The position numbers were made by a program, and so were the translations under genes. From an uncultured bacterium (GTDB lineage Bacteria; Chloroflexota; UBA5177; JANWHV01), in contig CAWHAE010000009.1 of assembly GCA_963827235.1 (NCBI GenBank), forward strand, positions 32,001-96,000: a stretch of 64,000 bases of DNA. The letters run 5' to 3'. Under the pieces are notes generated by a model. The model made no database searches. It saw only the letters and a list, made by a program, of their open reading frames with translations, and was not told where the DNA came from. The number at the start of each line of letters is the position of its first letter. The stretch's first letter is position 1. This document shows positions 58,664 to 64,000 of the stretch, piece by piece.

Positions 58664-60319
58664 ATGGTCAGTAATCGTAGGCCTGGCAGGATTGCGCCTG
58701 AGCCGCTAGAGGACACCATACCTCCCGGCATATTGAGCGGCACCCCGGCGCGCGCCGCGCTGCGACGCGGAGTTGACTGCCTGGCTGAGGCCGTGCGGCC
58801 GACCCTCGGACCGCTTCCGCGCACCGTGGCGCTGAAGGAAGAGATAAACGGCGGACCGGTCGAGATACTCGACGACGCGTCGACGATCGTGCGGCGCATC
58901 ATCGAGGTGCCGGACGTCTATGTCAATATGGGCGCCATGCTGCTTCGCCACGCCGTCTGGCGGACCTTCGAAGCGGTAGGCGATGGAGGAGCCACCACTG
59001 CCATCCTGTTCCAGGCGCTCTTGCGCCGCTTGAGTCCCTATATAGCGGCCGGCGGCGACCCCGTTGCCCTCCGGCGGCACCTGGAGCACGGCCTTGCCGC
59101 CGCCACCGCCGCTTTGCGCGCCCAGGCCAGGAAGCTGGAGGGGCCCGAGGAGATTCGACGCGCCGCCGAGACGCTGTGCCACGATCCCGCGCTGGCCCGC
59201 ATGCTGGGTGAGATATTCGACATCGTGGGCTCGGACGGCTACGTGCAGGTGGAGAACCTCTACTCTCCCGGCCTCGAGCGCCAGTACGTGGAAGGCGTCC
59301 ACTGGGACCAGGGCATGGTTTCGGCGTACTTCGTCACCGACGAGGACAAACAGGAAGCGCGCCTCGAGATGCCTATGCTCCTGATCAGCGACCTCCGCAT
59401 CTCGTCTGCGGAAGAGCTCCTTCCGCTGCTGGACAAGCTGGTCGCGGCGGGCTGCCCGGGTCTGATCGTGATCGCCGACGAGATCGCCGAGACTGCCCTC
59501 GCCCTCTTGCTGGCCAATCACCGGCAGGGCACCCTCCATTCCTTCGCCGTCAAGGCACCCTCGCACGAGCCGCACCGGTCGCGTATCCTGCAGGATCTGG
59601 CCGTGCTCACCGGAGGCAGCGTGGTTAGCCAGGACAGCGGGCAGCGCCTCGGCAGCGTCGGCCTGGACGACCTGGGTCGAGCGCGCCACGCCTGGGCAAA
59701 CAGCGGCAACTTCGGCGTCTACGGCGGGGACTCGGATCCCGCCGCGCTTCGCAGGCGCATCGTCGAGGTCAAGGCAGAGCTGGCGGCGACGACCAAGACA
59801 GAAGATCGGGAAGTCGTCCGCCGCCGCTTGGGCAGACTGATGGGCGGCGTGGCAATCCTCAAGGTGGGCGGCGACACGGAGAACCACCAGAAGACCCGCA
59901 AAGCGCTGGCCGACCGTGCGGTCACCGCGCTCAGGTTGGCGCTCGACGCCGGCGTGGCTCCCGGTGGCGGAGCCGCATACCTGGCCTGCCGCCGCGCCCT
60001 GCGGGACGCCCCGGGCTCGACCGAGGAACGGGTAGCCCACGAGGCCCTGGCCCTGGCTCTGGAGGAGCCGCTGTCCGCCATCGCGGCCAACGCCGGATTC
60101 CAGCCCAACGTGGCCGTCGCCGCCGTGGATGACGCTCCGGCAGGGTGGGGCTTCGATGCCTGCAGCGGTCAGATCGTGGACATGTGGCAGGCCGGCATCG
60201 TCGACCCGTTGCCGGTGCTGCAGAAGGCGCTCGAGGTCGCCGTCAGCGGCGCCGCCATGACCCTGGGCAGCGAGGTGCTGGTACACAAGCGAGACCCGCT
60301 CAAGAAGGTCAATCCCTGA
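58664..60319 (+). CDS. Divergent group I chaperonin (GroEL-like)
   Basis: GVD.LAEAV..TLGP, NMGA.L, GDGGATTA, EG..WDQG..S.YF, KAP, PGGGAAY, GIVDP; no GGM tail. Confidence 0.88.
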   Translation: MVSNRRPGRIAPEPLEDTIPPGILSGTPARAALRRGVDCLAEAVRPTLGPLPRTVALKEEINGGPVEILDDASTIVRRIIEVPDVYVNMGAMLLRHAVWRTFEAVGDGGATTAILFQALLRRLSPYIAAGGDPVALRRHLEHGLAAATAALRAQARKLEGPEEIRRAAETLCHDPALARMLGEIFDIVGSDGYVQVENLYSPGLERQYVEGVHWDQGMVSAYFVTDEDKQEARLEMPMLLISDLRISSAEELLPLLDKLVAAGCPGLIVIADEIAETALALLLANHRQGTLHSFAVKAPSHEPHRSRILQDLAVLTGGSVVSQDSGQRLGSVGLDDLGRARHAWANSGNFGVYGGDSDPAALRRRIVEVKAELAATTKTEDREVVRRRLGRLMGGVAILKVGGDTENHQKTRKALADRAVTALRLALDAGVAPGGGAAYLACRRALRDAPGSTEERVAHEALALALEEPLSAIAANAGFQPNVAVAAVDDAPAGWGFDACSGQIVDMWQAGIVDPLPVLQKALEVAVSGAAMTLGSEVLVHKRDPLKKVNP

Positions 60320-60335
60320 GCAGGTAACACCTGCC

Positions 60336-61511
60336 TTAACGCAGAAAGCGCTCGGCGACCGCCACCATCATGTCGACGCCCGCCGGTAGTGCCGACTCGT
60401 CCATGTCGAACCGCGGGTGATGGTGGCCGTAGACCAGGTTCCTATCCGGGTTTCGCGTGCCCAGGAAGAAGAAGCTGCCCGGCACTCGCTCGAGGAAGGA
60501 CGAGAAGTCCTCCGCGCCCATGCTCGGAACCTCGACCAGAACTCTGTCTACCGGCACCACGCCGCGCGCGGCTTCGAAGACGAGCGCCGTCATCGCCGGA
60601 TCGTTGACCACCGCTGGGTTGCCGAACGAGTAGTGACAGACACACTCGAGGCGTAGCGCGTGCGCGATGCCGGACGCCACTTCTTCGATCCGCCTGGCCA
60701 GATGGCGGCGCACGCCCTCGTCGAAGGAGCGCACGGTGCCGGTCATCGTACACGTCTGCGGAATGATGTTCGGCGCGTTGCCCGCGTGGATCGCCCCTAC
60801 CGTGATCACGGCGCTCTGCATCGGATCGACCTCCCTGGACACGATCGTCTGCAGGGCAAGCGTGATCTGGGCGGCGGCGACCACGGGGTCGATGCACTGG
60901 TGCGGATAGGCGCCGTGCCCGCCTACCCCGGTCAGCCTCAGCGTGAACGTGTCGGCCGCCGCCATCACCGGACCGTCGCTCGTCGATACGGTGCCCACCG
61001 GGCCGTCCTGCGAGACGTGAAGCGCGAAGGCAGCATCCACTTTCGGGTTCTCGAGCACGCCCTCTGCGATCATGGCCACGGCGCCGCCGGGCGCCTGCTC
61101 CTCGCACGGCTGGAAGACCAGCTTGACGGTGCCCGCCAGGCGATCCCGGTGCTCGACGAGAACGCGCGCCGCGTTCAGCAAGATGGCAGTATGGGCATCG
61201 TGCCCGCACGCGTGCATGACCCCCTGATTCCGGGAGGCATAGGGAACGTCGTTCTCCTCCTGTATGGGCAGCGCATCCAGATCGGCTCGCAGCAGAACCG
61301 TCTTGCCCGGCTTCTCGCCCCGGATGAGCGCCACCACGCCGGTGCGGGCCACTCCCGTCTGCACCTCTAGCCCCAACGCACGCAGTCGCCTGGCCACGAA
61401 CTCGGCGGTCTCGACCTCCTTGAAGCCTAGCTCGGGGTGCGCGTGCAGGTGGCGCCGGTCGAGCACCACTTGCTCGGCCACCGGCAGAAGAGATGCCGCG
61501 GGTGTCTCCAT
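60336..61511 (-). CDS. M20D-family amidohydrolase
   Basis: RRHLHAHPELGF, RADLDALP, MHACGHDAH, FQPCEE, GAEDF, HHPRFD. Confidence 0.94.
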   Translation of the reverse strand: METPAASLLPVAEQVVLDRRHLHAHPELGFKEVETAEFVARRLRALGLEVQTGVARTGVVALIRGEKPGKTVLLRADLDALPIQEENDVPYASRNQGVMHACGHDAHTAILLNAARVLVEHRDRLAGTVKLVFQPCEEQAPGGAVAMIAEGVLENPKVDAAFALHVSQDGPVGTVSTSDGPVMAAADTFTLRLTGVGGHGAYPHQCIDPVVAAAQITLALQTIVSREVDPMQSAVITVGAIHAGNAPNIIPQTCTMTGTVRSFDEGVRRHLARRIEEVASGIAHALRLECVCHYSFGNPAVVNDPAMTALVFEAARGVVPVDRVLVEVPSMGAEDFSSFLERVPGSFFFLGTRNPDRNLVYGHHHPRFDMDESALPAGVDMMVAVAERFLR

Positions 61512-61901
61512 AACGTTCTCCTGACTGCTGCGCTCGCCAAAACAGTTCTGCTTCAACCGAGCTGTGACGACGACCCAGGTCCGCTGCCGGCTCCCGAGAT
61601 GCCGCCTCCGGGCGGGCGGGAATGTGCCGGACGTACCACGAACGTACGGCTCGTCCAGTGACATGGTAGTCCCTGCCTGGCGTCGGATGCCACACGCGTG
61701 ACCGCCGCGGCCACGAACCGGCGGCGCCCGTCCGATCGTGCCTGCCGCGGCCCTGACGGCCCGGCCGCCCGGGCTGTACCATGACCTCGTTTGTAGGCGC
61801 GCAGCCGGGGCCGGCGCTCCTATCTCTCGATCGCGCCGCCCCGCGTACGCGTCGATTCCGGAGACGAGTAGCTTGTCAACCATAAATCTTCACATCACCT
61901 C

Positions 61902-61943
61902 GACACCGCAGTGTCCGTCTGCTGCCATGACACCGCAGTGTCA
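61902..61943. promoter_or_regulatory. Two identical palindromic boxes GACACCGCAGTGTC in a divergent intergenic region
   Basis: 61902-61915 and 61929-61942, 27-bp period; second extends to TGACAC-N4-GTGTCA. Confidence 0.65.
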
Positions 61944-62017
61944 GGCCGCTTCCCACCGAAACTATTGCCTGTTGACAGACCACTAGCCCTGCTCTGACGC
62001 GGATCGGAGGGCGACCT

Positions 62018-64000
62018 ATGCGCGGTGTCCCCGGCAGATCCGGCGTGCGGATCGCCGCGGGCGGTGCCGCGGTCGTGCTTGCCCTGGCCGGCCAGCATCA
62101 GTCACCGCGCGACCATGTGCCGCCCTGGGTGGTCGCCGTCACCGTCCTGGCTATCGCCCTCGCCGCGGCTGCCCTTCCCGATCCGATACCGCACGCCGAT
62201 CGGCCATCCGGCGCCGCGTCGCCCCGGCCCGCGTCGCGGCCGGCCCTAGCGCTGAGCCCGCTTCTTCCCACGCTGGCACTGGGACTGCCGGCCGCCCTCA
62301 TATGGAACGCCCAGACGTTCACGCCGGCGCACGTGTTGGCCGGCGACGCCTCGTCGTTCGCCGCCGCGCTCTGGATTGCCGGCCTGATCCTCGCGCTGGC
62401 AACCGCCTGGCGGGTTGGCCGCCCCGCCGGATCGACGCTCGCGGCCGCTCGGGCCACAAAAGGCGACGCGGACACGCCGTCATGGCGTCTCTTGCCTCCC
62501 ATCCTGCTGGCCGCGACGCTTCTGGCGGCACTCATGCTGCGCCTCTGGCATCTCGCTTCGCTGCCGTTCGGCCTCTGGATCGATGAGGCCGACAGTCTCT
62601 CCAATGCCCAGGCGCTCTCCCATCTGCCGTTCCAGCCCTATGCGCCCGGCAACTATGGACACACGCCCAGTCTCTATGCTTATGCCCAGGCCGTCGCCAT
62701 ACACTTTCTCGGCACCGGCATCTTCTCCATCCGCCTGGCCTCGGCCCTCTTCGGCGTTCTCGGCGTGCTGGCCGCCTTCGCCCTGGCGAGGGCGGTTGGC
62801 GGACCTGCCTGCGGACTGATCGCCGCCGTGCTGCTGGCCGTCTCCGCCTGGTCGATCACCATCTCTCGCCTGGGTATGTCGAACATCGCCGCGCCCGCCC
62901 TGCTGGGTCTCGGCGTCTGGGCGCTCTACACGGCCATCCTCAGCCCGGCAGGTTTCTGGTTCATGCTGAGCGGCGTATTCCTTGGCCTGGCTATGATGAC
63001 CTACGTCGGCTCGCTCGCCACCATCGTCGCCGTGGCCGGCTTCCTCGCTTTGAAGCTCTATCTCGATCTCCGCTACCGCAGGGCGGGAGGCTGGCCCGCG
63101 GCCCTGCTCTTGCCGGCCGGCTTCCTGCTCGCCGCCCTGCCCCTTCTGGTAGCCGCGCATCTCGATCCGGCCTACTATTCTGCCCGCGCGAACAGCGTCG
63201 CCCTCAGCCACGAATACGCCGGCTGGGCGCGCTTCCTTCCTGCCCTTGCCCGGAATGCCGGCCGCCATCTGCTCATGTTCACCACGTCCGGCGATCAGAA
63301 CGGGCGCCAGAACCTGCCCGGTGCACCCATGCTCGATCCCATCACCGGCGCCTGCTTCCTCCTCGGCGCCGGGATAGCGGCGCGGCACCTGTCTCGCCCG
63401 GTCTATCAGCTCCTTCTGCTGTGGATCGTGGCCGCCCTTTCCGGCGGCATCCTGGCGCTGGACGGCGAAGCACCGCAGAGTCTGCGCTCTCTCGCCTCCA
63501 TGATTCCTGCCGTCGTGCTCGCCGCCCTGCCGCTCCTCCTGCTCTGGCAGGCACGGGACGCACCGCGGCCGCTCAGGGTGTGCCCGGCACTACCGGCGCT
63601 CCTGCTCGTCGTGCTGCTGGGCTTGGCCGGTTGGGTGAACGTCGACCGCTATTTCTCCACTCAGGCCACGAGCCTGGCTGCCTGGGAAGCCGGCGGCGGC
63701 GCGCGCATGCTGGCCGGTCGCGAGACCATCACGCTGCGCCGGCAGGGGTACACGGTGCTCGTGGACCCCGCGCTGGCTACGGGCATCTCGGGACTGGAGT
63801 ACCCTACATTGCGCTACGACGCCGGCGGCGATGTGCCCCTGCTGGACCCGGCACAGCCTATTCCCAGACATAGAGCGCGGCTGAGCCTGGCCCTGATCGT
63901 GGCGCCTGAGCGTACCAGCCTGCGCCTGACCCTGCAGCGCCGCTATCCGCACGCTACCGCTGTAGCCCTGACACCCGACTTCGACCACCGAGCGGTGGAG
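62018..64000 (+). CDS. ArnT/PMT-like (GT-C, GT39/GT83) membrane glycosyltransferase, runs off window end
   Basis: RBS GGAGG, ATG 62018; LRLWHL..LPFGLWIDEA, RLASALFG, AVSAWSITISR, NLPGAPMLD; many TM segments; frame spot-checked open near 62580 and 63840. Confidence 0.8.
   Translation, partial: MRGVPGRSGVRIAAGGAAVVLALAGQHQSPRDHVPPWVVAVTVLAIALAAAALPDPIPHADRPSGAASPRPASRPALALSPLLPTLALGLPAALIWNAQTFTPAHVLAGDASSFAAALWIAGLILALATAWRVGRPAGSTLAAARATKGDADTPSWRLLPPILLAATLLAALMLRLWHLASLPFGLWIDEADSLSNAQALSHLPFQPYAPGNYGHTPSLYAYAQAVAIHFLGTGIFSIRLASALFGVLGVLAAFALARAVGGPACGLIAAVLLAVSAWSITISRLGMSNIAAPALLGLGVWALYTAILSPAGFWFMLSGVFLGLAMMTYVGSLATIVAVAGFLALKLYLDLRYRRAGGWPAALLLPAGFLLAALPLLVAAHLDPAYYSARANSVALSHEYAGWARFLPALARNAGRHLLMFTTSGDQNGRQNLPGAPMLDPITGACFLLGAGIAARHLSRPVYQLLLLWIVAALSGGILALDGEAPQSLRSLASMIPAVVLAALPLLLLWQARDAPRPLRVCPALPALLLVVLLGLAGWVNVDRYFSTQATSLAAWEAGGGARMLAGRETITLRRQGYTVLVDPALATGISGLEYPTLRYDAGGDVPLLDPAQPIPRHRARLSLALIVAPERTSLRLTLQRRYPHATAVALTPDFDHRAVE

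Overview
High-GC bacterial chromosomal window, probably Chloroflexota (inferred from the small 'SYLLRLW...WRASLE' gene, the BTAD-AAA regulator type, and the kinds of divergent GroEL and ArnT-like genes present). It opens with an intact rifamycin phosphotransferase (rph) preceded by a canonical RAE palindrome, a cis-element established from Actinobacteria. A patch of decaying genes and a (TGTCC)10 microsatellite follow. Most of the window (about 9.5-57 kb) is a mosaic of carbohydrate and sugar-acid catabolic loci: two CUT1 ABC importers, a PhyH dioxygenase, three UroD/MtaA-family proteins, DUF1638, a GH36-like and a clan GH-A hydrolase, a 2-oxoacid dehydrogenase E2/E1a/E1b set, a LarA-like epimerase, an Ldh2-family enzyme, two DHDPS-family aldolases, three D-2-hydroxyacid dehydrogenases, a FAH hydrolase, and AraC/GntR/LacI regulators. 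Main candidates for new biology: (1) RAE-rph in a probably non-actinobacterial host; (2) a sugar importer translationally coupled to a MacB/LolD-type ABC module and a glycosidase; (3) a solitary GroEL paralog with altered ATPase motifs; (4) an uncharacterised LarA/UroD sugar-acid pathway with a shared TGTTGAC operator. No tRNA, rRNA, CRISPR array, transposase or integrase was recognised. All assignments come from motif reading by eye; no database searches were run.
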